Shown in pieces: positions 16,014 to 28,632 of a stretch of DNA of 64,000 bases. Both the position numbers and the translations under genes were made by a program. The DNA comes from Flaccisagitta enflata (taxonomy: Eukaryota). Within the stretch, counting starts at the first letter, position 1. Every line of letters starts with the position of its first letter. The notes under the pieces are model-generated. The model searched no databases. It was not told the DNA's origin and was given only the letters and a program-made list of their open reading frames with translations. The stretch lies in NCBI GenBank assembly GCA_965153355.1, contig OZ231126.1, positions 31,558,001 through 31,622,000 on the forward strand, given 5' to 3'.

Positions 16014-16620
16014 CTACCTAGGAAATAAGTTTGGAATCAAAAAGGGTAAGATTTGATTTATCGATTGAATTTTGTTTAAAACATGATACTGATAGCATGA
16101 GCACTTCATGTAACATTTCTTTTAACTAACATCTTCAGTTTTGCAGGTGGACGGCGGTCTGTAAAGATTTTCATACAGTTTAGCAAGGTCTTGTTCTGGC
16201 ATCTGTGAGCAGTTACTGCCAGCTTTTCATTTAATGGAGTGTTTACATGGTTTTGTTTGTCATTTCTAAATGGTTGAAGCCACGGAAACCAGATTGCGCT
16301 CATCTTTAAGATTTTTCGATGTAGATTAATTTGCTTTTTAAAAAAAAGTTATTTGCTTTTCTAGAAGTGGAGATATTTCAAGAAGAAGATAACGTTTAGT
16401 TTCTTACATCATTCTCAATATTTTTTACCCATTTTGGAAATGAAAATTTTCACTCTTTTGCTTGCCATTTCTAAACGTTTTGAACTACAGAGACCAGATT
16501 GAACTCATCTTGAAGATTTTTTTATGTAGATTAATTTGCTTTTTTAAAAAAGTTATCTGGCTTTTTTAAAAGCCAAGATATCTATGGTAGAAGTTGATTC
16601 CAAACTCATTTCCTAGGTAG
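16014..16620. mobile_element. MITE, CTACCTAGGAAA TIR family
   Basis: TIRs ctacctaggaaataagtttggaatcaa / ttgattccaaactcatttcctaggtag; internal tandem duplication. Confidence 0.7.
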
Positions 16621-18403
16621 TCGCTGCTTTCGTTACAGACTTACTTTTTTTGAGCACCTGTTATAATGTGAGCTAATTATAAAAAAAAAAACATATGGAA
16701 ATTAGTGACTGTAAAAAAGCTCTGCAAAAATGCAATCAAATGCCACCAAGCAGAGTTTTGTAGTTCTATTCGTGTAGATTTAACAGCAGGAAGAGTAAAA
16801 TGATTCACCTAGACTTACGAAGTAACAAGGCCATTAGACCTAAGTTGCGTGCGTCGGCACTTTCAAAAAAAGTCAGGCAGACAGACAGACAAACTTTATT
16901 TTTAAAAAGACATTTGAAATAGTTGTTTACTACTTTAAGTATCTTCTCCACTATTCAGAGTCATAAAAAATGTGATAAAAGGCCTTTAAAACGACTTTGT
17001 TACGGACCGACAGACCGACCGAACAACTGACGGACCGAAAAGTGGCTAATAGAGTCGCGGAGCACGCGACTAAAAATCCTCCTAGGAAATTCTAGTACTT
17101 GCATTTTGATATGTCCTATATACATGAATCATAGAAGCTTAGGAGAATCTGTGACTGTTGTAAAGATCTTGGAAAGATGTTTCATTTGCCTCCAAGCAGA
17201 GCCCATTTGCTCAAATTGTTTAGATTTTACAACAGAATTAGTGGAACTCTCTCCCTAAAATCAGAGTGGCAAAAACTGATAAAAAGGTGAGAAACATGCC
17301 ATATGCAAATCAATGATACAGTTACATGACACCATAACAAATGCTATACAAGCAGTAGTTGGTGCCAAAATATGCTAAAATAAACTTTTGTCATGGAAAA
17401 ACAAGTTTTGTTAATCAATATTTAAGGATAAATGTCTAAATTCTATTGCGCGGATTCTTACTTTGAGCAAGATAGTAAATTAAGAATTAGAATTTTGATA
17501 AAACTTTAACAGCACTGATCTATTGCGAAATGCAATCTGTACAAAAGTAACCGCCAAACATAGTCCAATATGTTGAGATGTGAGTTGTTGCCAAAAAGAT
17601 TATATTTTTGGGATTCAAAGATAGAATTTTAGTCTTTGATTTTTCCTATCACTGCCCCTGCTCAAACACTTTTTCATCACTGTCCCTAAACAGCTACACA
17701 CCTTGTTTCTTAAAATTGAATTTTTTTAGTTGCGGGCTTCGCACATGGCATGGTTGAAACCTTTGAAATACTAGCAGTACCTGGCTGGATTATTAGTCGC
17801 GTGCTACGCGACTCTACACCCCGCTTTGTTGGTCCGTCAGTTGGTCCGTCAGTCCGTCGGTCCGTCCGTCCGTCGGTCTTTGGCCTCACTGCTCCTGCCC
17901 AAATGATCAAGTGACTTCAAATATGGCCCCCGCCCACCCGCACGCGACTGGGGTAGCCGTGTATCCGGCCTTGTATCATTTTCAGTCTGCCAATTAAATG
18001 GGCAATGAAATGGGCATTTCCAAGGATCCATTTGAATAAAATGCTTCTTTTATGGATGAGTAGACAACAATCAATCAGCGGAAAATCAAAAAGATCTCTA
18101 CATCTATGCAATGTTAGATCAAAATGAATTTTGAAATAAGAATGTTTTTAAATCAGGATATCTAAGTTTTAACTACAAGCGGATTTTCCCACCACCTAGA
18201 GCTTGTTAGATATCTATTTTGCTGATAATTCTTTCGGTCTCAATAATTAAAAAAGAGGTGTTATGCCAATATATGAATAACTACTGAATTTTCTGCAAGC
18301 AAAAATGCTTCATCAGCGGTCGCACTTTAATGAGTTGCAACTGCATTTTAATGATTTTGTGCCTGCAATTTGTTTTATTTGTTTGTTTGTTTTTTTCTTT
18401 AAG

Positions 18404-19119
18404 TGATCGGCTGCTCTCTGCGACCAATTGTGGTACGATATCTCCAAACAGCCTTCTGTTCGTATCCCCTAGCAACCAAAGACGTATTGTCTACTTTTGA
18501 CGAAGCAATGACCATCTTACTTTTCCAAGAACTGTACTCTTGCATTTGTGGCGTGAAAAAACGCAAATACAAATGGTTTTCACTGCTGCTGAAAGCGGCG
18601 CTGCTGTTTTTGCTTAGCGGCGCCTGGGCCGTCGGGTTAAGAGCGCTTTACCTTAATACAAGCGGATCTCTGTGGTGTGACATTCCCAAAGTAATCTGGA
18701 GCGCCGTCGTAGCTTCGCTTTTATTCTACTTTTGCTGGAAAATGGCTCGTAGTCTTTTTGAAAGTTTGAAATTTCGTGGTTCGCTCGATGGCGGAAATTT
18801 TTTCCTTTTTGGTTTGATGACGATTACGATCGTGTCTCAATGGGCCAAGTTGACCATGAATGCGGCGCGTTTTGTTATCGAGTTTCAAACCTACAATCGG
18901 TTTTTGAAATGCCAAGATGACCGAGCAAGTTCTATCGATACCAAGCTTTTTCCCAGCGACAGTTTGAACGCTTTCGTTAACAAATTTTTTTGTCTCGCCA
19001 TCCTGGAAAATAAAGGATGGTCCACGATTTTTCTTTCTCCTGCATTCTGTAATCTCCTAGAATCCGTTTTCTGCATTGGTATTATGATTTACAGGAAGAT
19101 ATTCTCAAAGCAACCATGA
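18404..19119 (+). CDS. Divergent 7TM/GPCR-like membrane protein, exon 2
   Basis: Acceptor ttttttctttaag|TG joins G+TG = Val in frame; about five further hydrophobic helices; ELYSCIC sits at an E/DRY-like position after helix 3. Confidence 0.6.
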
Positions 19120-20741
19120 GGTGAGCGCTATCTTTTTTTTTCCCATATACTTGCAGTCATGTACGCATAACTATTTCTAGATGCCTTGTTTGTCCCTTTA
19201 CAAATATCATCACCCTTGAATGCAAAAACTAGATGGCCCAGCAGCTTTTTACCTGAGACGCACATACTAGATGTAATTGGCTACCTAAAACTCGTTGCTT
19301 TACAAAAAAAAAAAAAAAAAAAGAATCTGTAAAGCAATTGATTGTCTCTGGATGAAAACTGTTTCTGGTTTTTAGAGGGTCTGTCCGTCGGTCCATTTGT
19401 CCGTCGGTATGTCCGTCGGTATGTCCGTTATGCTTCCTTAAAATCAGTCCGGACGCATTGTTACCCGGTAGGGCTGTTTTCTTTTTTGTACTCTAATATT
19501 TTCCTTTCTTTTTGCTTCAACTATTTCGCTGTAATAATTTTTGGGCAGCGGGCCGATGACCAATGCTTCCATAAATGGAGAATTTCTTCTTTTCCTGCCC
19601 CTTCCACTCCGTCCATCCGTCACCCCCCCCCCCCCCCCATTTATATCCCAGCCTTAAAGCCCAAATTCCTGTTATGAAGCCCAAATCCCAGCCTTGAAGC
19701 CCAAATTCTACTCGTGAGGCTCAAATTCCAGCCTTGAGGCTCAAATTCCTGCCTTGAGGCCCTAATCCCAACCACGAGGCTACAATCTCAGCTTCAAGGA
19801 CCAATTCTCATTCTTAAGGCCCAGGTCACAGCCTCATGACCCAAATCCATGTCACTTTTCTTTAACGCCTAAATTCCGGCCTCAAGCTTGAATCCCAGCC
19901 TTGAAACCCTAATTCCGGACTTGAGGCCCAAATCCCAGCCTCGAGACCAGCCCGCCTAATGTGCCAAATCTCAACCTTGTGGTCCAAATTGTTTCCCAAA
20001 GGTCTTTATAAATCTTAACCTAAAAGACCGAAAGATTCACCCTGATTCCTATAAACCAATTTATAGGTCATAAGTCCCTTCGAGGCCGCTGCCCATCTCA
20101 CAATCTTAATTTTACCGAGGAAGGATGTGATTTCGACCAGCCCAAAACGAGGCCGGATACATGGCTACCAAAGTCGCGTGTGGGTGGGCAAGGGCAGTGA
20201 TAAACAAGGCTCATCAAACATTTTGGCAGGAGCAGTAATGCGAAATGATAGAAATTATCAATGCAAAAACCAAGGACCAGCAAACGATTGTGCTTAGTGT
20301 CATGTATTCAACACTGTCATTGTCAATGTTTGGATAACTTCTTAACTGCCTGTGCTATATCTATGAATATCTATGAGTTGTATCCGCGAGTTTACCTTTC
20401 TGCATCTGCTTCCGGTACCTAATTGCAGATCTAGCCATTGAAACTCAAAAACGTTTTTAGCATCAAAATGAGTTTTTTAAAAAGAGTTGTTTTTTTTTTA
20501 AATTACAGGGAAAAGATATTTCAGTAAAATTTGTAAACAAAATCAAAAAATATCATAAAACTTCATGAGAGGGTGAATGAAAAGAAAGATGAACAAGTGG
20601 CGTTCGCCAGAATGTGTTCCACAATAACTTGATGGAGCATGAATTATTAAGGCAATAATTAAAAAAGATCAACCAATATCTATGTTAAGAGAAATCTGTG
20701 TTATATATATTGGCCGCCTGTGGGCGGCCCTACAGCCTGTC

Positions 20742-20940
20742 CTTATAACTGTGGGGCTTCTAACTGCGAGGTTTATAACCATGGAGCTTATAACCACAGG
20801 GCTCATAACCCCGGGGCTCATAACAGCGGGGCTCATAACCGCTGGGCTTATAACCGCAGGGCTCATGACCGCGGGGCTTATAACAGCGGGACTCATAACA
20901 GCAGGGCTAATAATCACAGGGCTCATAATCGCAGGGCTAC
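20742..20940. repeat. 15-bp minisatellite (GGGCTCATAACCGCA); second block at 22322-22455
   Basis: Tandem units visible directly; they give the LITAG peptide repeats in the ORF track. Confidence 0.9.
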
Positions 20941-21284
20941 TATCTTGGCCATAAATATAAGCACAGTAGATGTATAAGTTGATTTATTGACTAGAAGTGA
21001 GCAGCAAACATATCAGACTGCATCTATTATTTAGTATGACCATGTTGGTAGGCCTTGATCTACAACTTGGAATTTCTAAGGCTGAAAGCGGATCTCGCTT
21101 TGAAAAAAACTCGCCCCCTGAAGTGTTGACTGTTGTTACAGGCTCTATACGCCACCGATCTAGGCGTTCTTGGTCTTGTTTGACGGAGATTTGATTTCTC
21201 TCGCCGTCGGCTTTAACTAAATATTATTATTTTCTTCTTAGGGGCCCCTAAGGGCCCCCAAAAAAGCCCTTATTGAGAATTTTT

Positions 21285-21700
21285 TTTTGAAAAAAAAGTG
21301 GGGTGCAATCAATAGGAAATTGTTTGATTTGCCTAGATCCAAAATCTTGTATTTTCAATTTTTTCAAAAAACTTAGAAAATTTTTATGTCGCGCGTCAGG
21401 GACTTAGAAAAAAAATCACAAAATATTTTTTTGAAAAATGTTTTTTAAAAGTGGGGTGCTATCAATAGGAAATTGTTTGATTTGACTAGATCCAAAATCC
21501 TGCATTTTCATTTTTTTTTTCAGAAAACTTAAAAAAAATTTCTGTCGCGCGTCTGAGACTTTGAAAAAAAAAATCACAAAATATTTTTTTGAAAATTGTT
21601 TTTCAAAAGTGGGGTGCAGTTGATAGGAAATTGTTTTATTCGCCTAGATCCAAAACCTGTAAAATGACTTTTTTCAAATAAATTTAAAATTTGATTGGGG
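21285..21700. repeat. ~155-bp tandem repeat, about 3 copies
   Basis: aaaagtggggtgc...ataggaaattgttt...ctagatccaaaa recurs near 21295, 21450 and 21607. Confidence 0.8.
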
Positions 21701-22455
21701 GCGAGTTTGAAGAAAAAGCGGAAAAAAAGAACGTCGGTTTTTTCTTTTACTTTTTAAGTATGAAAAAGGCCGTAGCTTCAAAACTATTGATGCGATTGTC
21801 CTGAAATTTGAAATACTAGCTGACGTCATGCTTCTCAACGTACGAGCTAAAAATCTCGATTGTGAACCGTCGTAAAGTTGGACACACTTCTTTGCCTAAT
21901 GTTGGGTATCTACCACTGCCTGCATGCACTTTGGCGTTGACTCGTAGAGAGACTGGAGGTACTTTGGAGTTATGTTGTTTCAAACCGTTTATGCGATTTA
22001 TTTCCACTCTGCTTTGCATGTTATTTTCCCCTGTTTTTGCAGGTTTTTTGTTTGAATCTTTGAGTTCTCAATTAGATTAAGATGCAAATTGATGTGGGCT
22101 AACCCTGGACGAGCTTAACTTGTCAATCTTACAGTATATTTGGCGCAGTGTCACAGTGCACCATAATCCATAAACTAAGAAAAATTTACCCAACCATACT
22201 TGCAAAAGGCAAATGTTTTATTCATTTGGCTCTCATTTCTAAACGAATAAAGATACAGGAACCAGCTTGGTCTCATTTGATAGATTTTTCGAAGATGCAA
22301 ATTTTGAAAAAAAAATCATCCCTAACCGCAGGGCTCATGACCGCGGGGCTTATAACAGCAGGACTCAAAACAGCAGGGCTAATAATCACAGGGCTCATAA
22401 TCGCAGGGCTAATGACTGTGGGGCTCATAACCACAGGGCTTATAATCCCAGGGCT

Positions 22456-25215
22456 GTGTGACATTCATTGGTGAAAACTGGGTGGCGTGTGAAAAACATT
22501 GGAGAATTTTGGGTTGTGTGACATACATCAGAGAAAACTTGGTGGTGTGACATACATCCGAGAATTCTGGGCTGTTTGACCCGCCTGTACTTGGGTCTTG
22601 GAGGTGTATATATATGTATGTGGATACTTTTGTATGTGGTGGGACCAATATTCAGAGAACCTGGGTGGTGAGAATGACATTAGAAGAAACCTGGGTAGTG
22701 TGACAGACTCTCAGAGAAACTGGGTGGTGTGACGGATATTTGAAGAACAATGGGTGGTGTGATAGAGACAAACAGAGGGAGAAAACTGTGTCGTATGTTA
22801 AACACTGGAGAAAACTGGGTGGTGTGACAGACATTTGGAGAAAAATCAGTGGTGTGACGTACATTTGGAAAAAATTAGGTGGTGTGACAGACATTCAGAG
22901 AAAACTTGGTGGTGCAGCGGACATTCAGAGAAACCTGGGTGGTGTGACAGACATTTGAAGAAACCTAGGTAGTGTTACAGACAATCAGAGAAAATTGGGT
23001 GGTTTGACAGACGTTTGGAGAAAACTGGTCAATATGTTAGACATTTGGAGAAAGCTGGGTGGTGTGACAGACAATTGGAGAAACCTGGGTAGTGTGACAG
23101 ACATTCGGAGAAAAGTGGGTGTTGTGACAGACATTCGGAGAAAAGTGGGTGTTGTGACAGACATTCCTAGGAAACCTGGGTGGTGTGACAGACATTCCAG
23201 AAAACTGAATGGTGTGAAAGAGATCTGGAGAAAACTGGGTGGTGTGACAGACACTCCAAGGAAACTGGGTGGTGTGACAGACATTTGAAAAAAACCTGGG
23301 TGGTGTGACAGACATTTGGAGAAACTGGGTAGTGAGACAGACATTAGGAAAAAAATGGATGGTGTCATAGACATTTAGTAAAAACTGGGTGGTGTGACAG
23401 ACATTCCAAAAAACTAGGTGATGTGACAGACATTTGGAGAAAACTGGGTGGTATGACAAATATCTAGAAAAAACTGGGTGGTGTGACAGACATTCCGAGA
23501 AACCTAGGTGGTGTGACAAACATTTGGAGAAAACTGGGTGGTGTGACAGACATTCAGAAAAAAACTAGGTGGTGTGAGAGACATTGCAGAATTCCAAGTT
23601 GTGTGACAGACATTGAAGAAAGCTGGGTGGTGTGACAGACATTTGGAGAAAACTGGGTGTGTGTGAAAGACATTTGGAGAAAACTGGGTGGTGTGACAGA
23701 CATTTGGAGAAACCCAGGTGAGGTGTTACAGACATTGGAGAATTCTGGGTTGTATGACAGACATTGGAGAATTCTAGGTTGTGTAAGAGACATTGGAGAA
23801 ATCTGGGTTGTGTGACAGACGTTGGAATATACTGGGTTATGTGATGGACATAGGAGAAAACTGGGTGGTGTGACAGACATTTGGAGAAAACTGGGTGGTG
23901 TGACAAACATTAGGAAAAACCTAGGTGGTGTGACACATATTTTGGGAAAACTGGGTGGTGTTACAGACATTGGGAGAAAACTGGTTGGTATGACAGACAT
24001 TTGGAGAAAACTAGGTGGTGTGTCAGACATTTGGAGAAAACTAAGTGGTGTGACAGACATTTGAAGAAAACTGGATAGTGTGACAGACATTTGGAGAATA
24101 CTGGGTGGTGTAACAGATGTGGGAGAATTCTGGGTAGTGTGACAGACATGGGAGAATTCTGGGTACTGTGACAGACATTGGAAAAGCTAGGTTGTGTGAC
24201 AGACATCGGATAATCCTGGGCTGTGTGATAGACATTGGAGAATCTTGGGTTGTGTGACAGACATCGGAGAATCTGGGGTTGTGTGACAGATAACGGAGAA
24301 TTTTGGGTTGTGTGACAGACGTTGGAGAATCTTAGGCTGTGTGAGAGACATTGGAGAATTTTGGGTTGTGTGACAGACATTGGAGAATTTTGGTATGTGT
24401 TATAGAATTTTGAGTTGTAACGGGTGGTCAAAAAAAAAGTGTTTTTTTCATTTTCTCATATCTTTTGTAAAAACATGTTTAGAATAAAACTTTTTTTTTT
24501 GCCACTAAGATATCGTGCAGGAAAATTTTTTTCATCATTATGATTTTTGAATATTTTCTATACATTTCAAATTATTTACAAAAAACTAGTTTTGATTTTG
24601 GACCACCTTCATTTTTGCCAATAATTTTCTGTAAAAGAATTAAAATTTTTTTATAGATTCACTATTTATAGTTAAGGACGACTCAAAAGCTGATAAAAAA
24701 CCAAAGAAAAAATTTAAAAATGCAAACATATAACAAAATAAAAAATACTTCTAAAAACATCCTTTTCTAATCTACTCAAATCTCTTAAACCAAAGCTTGG
24801 AGGCTTATAAATAATTACATCTATTTCAGATAGGACCTAATTAACATATCTGTTTCTTAAAAACAATTGATTATCTATGTTAAAACTGATTTATGCAAAC
24901 ATTTCAGTTTTTTGTATTAATATAGTCATCTATTTCGAAAGATTGACAAAATTAGATTTTTTTATACACATTACTTTATTTTTAAAATATCAACTCATAA
25001 AAAAAATTTCAAACTTATTGGAAAAAATTCTAGCTTAGTCACTTTTTTTTTGACCTCCCGGTATGACAGACATTGGAGAATCTTGGGTTGTGTGACAGAC
25101 ATTGGAGAATCTGGGGTTGTGTGACAGATATAGGAGAATTTTGGGTTGTGTAACAGACATTGGAGAATCTTGGGTTGTGTGACAGACATTGGAGAATCTG
25201 GGGTTGTGCAATAGA
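22456..25215. repeat. ~29-30 bp minisatellite (GTGTGACAGACATTTGGAGAAAACTGGGTG)
   Basis: Dozens of diverged tandem units, interrupted near 22580-22650 and at 24420-25061. Confidence 0.95.
24420..25061. mobile_element. Tc1/mariner-type MITE inserted in the 30-bp satellite
   Basis: TIRs cgggtggtcaaaaaaaaagtg / cacttttttttgacctcccg, TA on both sides, satellite resumes after it. Confidence 0.8.
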
Positions 25216-25809
25216 CAGCTTCAAAAAAATCTTTCTTGTGGGATATGAGAAGACCAGAAAATGAGTAGTCTTATTCAAATCACTGTAGCTTCCAAACCAT
25301 TTGAGCTAGAATTTCCAGACACAACTCAAATGAAAGATTTTTCGAAGAGCTTTCCAGGCATCACTAATTTTAACCTAGTTTTCTTTTGTTGAGGTTCAGA
25401 AGAAAGGTAGTAAAAATCCGCCACTTTTTATTTCCCCAAGGTTAATCTCTAAATCTGTAAAACCACATAAAATTACATTTGAAAAACTCAAACTAGAAAT
25501 AAAAGTTTATCACAAAATTTTAAAAAACTCGGAGTTTTTTTTATAAAACTTTAAAAAACCTAATTGCAGATATTTAGAAAAAAACTTCTGGAATTAAAAA
25601 AACGCATTTGCAGATTTTATAAATTATCTGTCTGCAAAACGTGACGCCTTCAGCCTTGTTGAAGCCCCAAACTCATCACCAACGAATCATCACCAACGTT
25701 CACTTAATCTTATTACACAAAATACGAATAGTCTCGTTTGATCGTTCACCGTTTTGTTTTTATTAGAACAAGTTGGCGATGATCGATGAATAAACTATTA
25801 ATTAGTAGC

Positions 25810-26364
25810 TGTGAAGAACCGTAGAAAATACTGTCTCGTACCGTCATTAGGATCTTGCCGTCCACGCAACTTCCGACTGAAGACGCCACTTCCGGTTTGA
25901 ATACGCCATCGCAACGCCAATCACGCCGATAACGTCACTTCCGGTGGCGCTGGTTCCAACGTCAGTCTGTGGATGCTATCTCTAATCACTAGGTAAGAAA
26001 GTGTATTTAAACTATTATATACAAGGAAGAGAAAGAAAGAGAAACAGAAGAGAGAGGGGGGAGGGGTTGGTTAATACCTACCTACTAACTAGCTAGTGTG
26101 TATCATCAGTAACTACCTCAATCAATTCACATCAATTGTCAACAAATGTAGCCAAGTACACTCACCACAGGTTCCACTGTAATCCCCAAAGTGCTTCCAG
26201 GTTGAATTGCTTGTTAAAATACACTGATTAACTGAAAGAAAGAATGCATCCAGAGAATCAAATATATCACCACAAGCAAATGAATAGCAACGCCAACGAG
26301 AGGACAATGAAATAGATCGCGGTACAAAGGCGCCAAGTGCCAAAAATATCAACGATATTCCACA
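25810..26364 (-). repeat. 3' LTR (555 bp)
   Basis: Direct repeat of 35195-35729; preceded on the sense strand by CCAACGGGGGGAC (PPT-like). Confidence 0.95.
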
Positions 26365-26490
26365 GTCCCCCCGTTGGAATCCCATTCCAACCAACACCGT
26401 CGCCTCAAAAAAAAAACGAGGAGAGACCAAGGACCAAGTCACCTGAATGAGCGGACGAACGGACGGCGAAAGGAGCGGCGCGAAACGCGC

Positions 26491-28377
26491 CTAGCGACGC
26501 GAAGGCGCCGCGCCACGCTGTCCTTGTGGCTGCGGAGCGCGCTGCGCGTCAGGATCGGCGGCAGGGGGCTGCTGATGCCGCTGCTGCTGCTGATACCCAG
26601 GACGCTGACCACCGCGTCCGTGGTGTCGAGGACGAGATGCTGACGGCGACGAGGTGGCAACAGGCGCCATCGCTTCTGTCGCCGCAGTTCGCCCGAGGAG
26701 ACAAACCCCGCGAAAAAAGTCCTCGAAACTCGACGGGGGGGTAGAGAAGGACGCGTTGGGGAGGAAGGGGGTTGCCTCCCTATAGCGTCGCGACAAGTCT
26801 TCATCATCAAGAGTCTGATTGGGCCGATATCCGCCGTGGTCGCGGCGCCAGCCTCCACGGCCGCGGCCATTACCACGGCCAGATCCACGGCCAGCTTGCC
26901 GATGATGTCTTTGAGGGTTGGGGGACGGCGCCGGTGGGGGGATGGATGAATCTGCCGCCGAAGCGGCAGCCATCGCCTTCCCCCCCTCCGAGTGCTTCCC
27001 CTGCTTCTTTGAAGAGGATGAAGAAGACGACTTGGGTGGATCAGCCTTCAAGGAGGCCTCAAGAACTCCTCCGGCTGCACCCTCCTCCTCCTGCCTCTTC
27101 TTCTTCTTGGAGGGCTTCTCCCTCTCCTTCCTTTCCTTCGCCTTATCCTTCATCTCCTTCTCCAACTCCTCCATTTCCCGCTGCATCCCTTCCAACTTCT
27201 TCTTCTTCTCCCGCTCAACCTCCGCCTTCACCTCTTCCATCTGCTTCCTCTTCTCCTCAATCTGCTCCTTCAACCCATCTCTCTCCTCCTTATACTCCAG
27301 ATGCCTCTTCCTCCTATTCTCCCTAAACTTTATATTCTTCCTCTTCTGCCTCTCCTGCTTCTTCGTCATTCCTCCCCGCTCCCCTTCTTCCTCATCCTCC
27401 GCTCCTCCTCCCTCCCCCTGTCTACGCACCACCACGTCCTCCGCTTCCAAGTCCCTCGGCTCCGGCCCCACATTCGCCACCGCCCCCGCACCACGCCACT
27501 CAGGAAGGAGAGGGCACCCCCACAATTGATTGGGCATCCTCACTGCCCTTTCCGGCCCCGCGTCACCCTTCGAATTCCACACCATCTCCCTCTTCCTCCA
27601 CTTATCCATCTCCGCCGTCAACAACCCATCCAACTCCGCGATCCTCAGCTTCCCCTTCCTCTTCTTTGCGTCTTCCGTCGCCACCGCCTCCTTAAACCGC
27701 ACCACCACCTCCGTCTCCTCCATCGCCGAGTCGCCGCGCAAACACGGCCACCGCGGCGGCTCCCTCGTCTCCGGCTCCCACAGCCCATACGCAGTACACA
27801 CCCCCGGCTTCTTCGCAAACCTCCGCATCGCCATCTTCACCTGCCCCTGGCTACACCACAACAACACCGACAGGTGACGCAGGCCTGAGCCCATCGCATG
27901 GCCGATCTTGTAGATGTCGAAGCCATCCTCGACCAGGACCCAGTCCATTTCGCCATCGACCTTGATCAGTTGGGCCACGTACACATTGGGGTAGCGCTTC
28001 TGACCGACATGGAAGAACACCAAGACCGCTAAATTGGTGGCCATGATGTCTCTCTGCGCTTCGGTCGAGAACTGCCACTCATCAAATTCTTCCGTCAATG
28101 CGTTGGAACCTCTACACATCCGGAAGGATCCCACCATGTCTCCTACTTCCGTCCTACTCTTCTTCTTCCTCTCCCCATCCTTCTCCACCGCCACCGCCAA
28201 CTGCGGACCCCCTGGCAACACCAAATCACTATTACTATACTCCACCGGCACCTCCTCCGACTCCACCCTCCTCGGCTCCATCGCCTCATCCTCCATCTGC
28301 ACCAAATCAAACTCGTATCCTCCTCCTAACGCCTCCTCACACTCCTCTCCAGTCACACCGACATGATGGGATGACAT
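26491..28377 (-). CDS. Extra ORF3 of the BEL/Pao element (~628 aa from ATG), unknown function, not env-like
   Basis: Intact ORF between pol and the 3' LTR in the same orientation; globular-looking N-half, E/K/R coiled-coil, RG-rich and Q-rich tail; no signal peptide or TM evident. Confidence 0.75.
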   Translation of the reverse strand: MSSHHVGVTGEECEEALGGGYEFDLVQMEDEAMEPRRVESEEVPVEYSNSDLVLPGGPQLAVAVEKDGERKKKSRTEVGDMVGSFRMCRGSNALTEEFDEWQFSTEAQRDIMATNLAVLVFFHVGQKRYPNVYVAQLIKVDGEMDWVLVEDGFDIYKIGHAMGSGLRHLSVLLWCSQGQVKMAMRRFAKKPGVCTAYGLWEPETREPPRWPCLRGDSAMEETEVVVRFKEAVATEDAKKRKGKLRIAELDGLLTAEMDKWRKREMVWNSKGDAGPERAVRMPNQLWGCPLLPEWRGAGAVANVGPEPRDLEAEDVVVRRQGEGGGAEDEEEGERGGMTKKQERQKRKNIKFRENRRKRHLEYKEERDGLKEQIEEKRKQMEEVKAEVEREKKKKLEGMQREMEELEKEMKDKAKERKEREKPSKKKKRQEEEGAAGGVLEASLKADPPKSSSSSSSKKQGKHSEGGKAMAAASAADSSIPPPAPSPNPQRHHRQAGRGSGRGNGRGRGGWRRDHGGYRPNQTLDDEDLSRRYREATPFLPNASFSTPPSSFEDFFRGVCLLGRTAATEAMAPVATSSPSASRPRHHGRGGQRPGYQQQQRHQQPPAADPDAQRAPQPQGQRGAAPSRR

Positions 28378-28632
28378 TCTCTCCGGGATGTGGCGTCCAC
28401 AACGATTGACGATTGTGCAAGAGATTGTCCTTAAGCGTGTTGACAATGTTAATGAATTTTTCCTACAATCCTTCAAACAAAGGGGCAAAATCACAAATGC
28501 AAATTCAATGTGGCAAATCAAAAACATGGGGGCTGGGGCGGGTTGGGGGGGCACGAGGGAAACACACCTAAGGAGAAAGGGGCAAAAATAACAAAATATC
28601 ACAGGCCAATTGAAGCAAAAAACTCGGCATAG

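Noticed and set aside
22652-24431. Many ORFs with MSVTPPSFLQ / CLSHHP repeats
   Set aside because: Artefacts of translating a 30-bp satellite
22456-25215. Regularly spaced ~30-bp repeats resembling a CRISPR array
   Set aside because: Units are contiguous diverged tandem copies with no unique spacers, no cas genes, and the context is eukaryotic
26772-28409. Plus-strand ORFs overlapping BEL ORF3
   Set aside because: Antisense shadows of a GC-rich, purine-skewed coding strand
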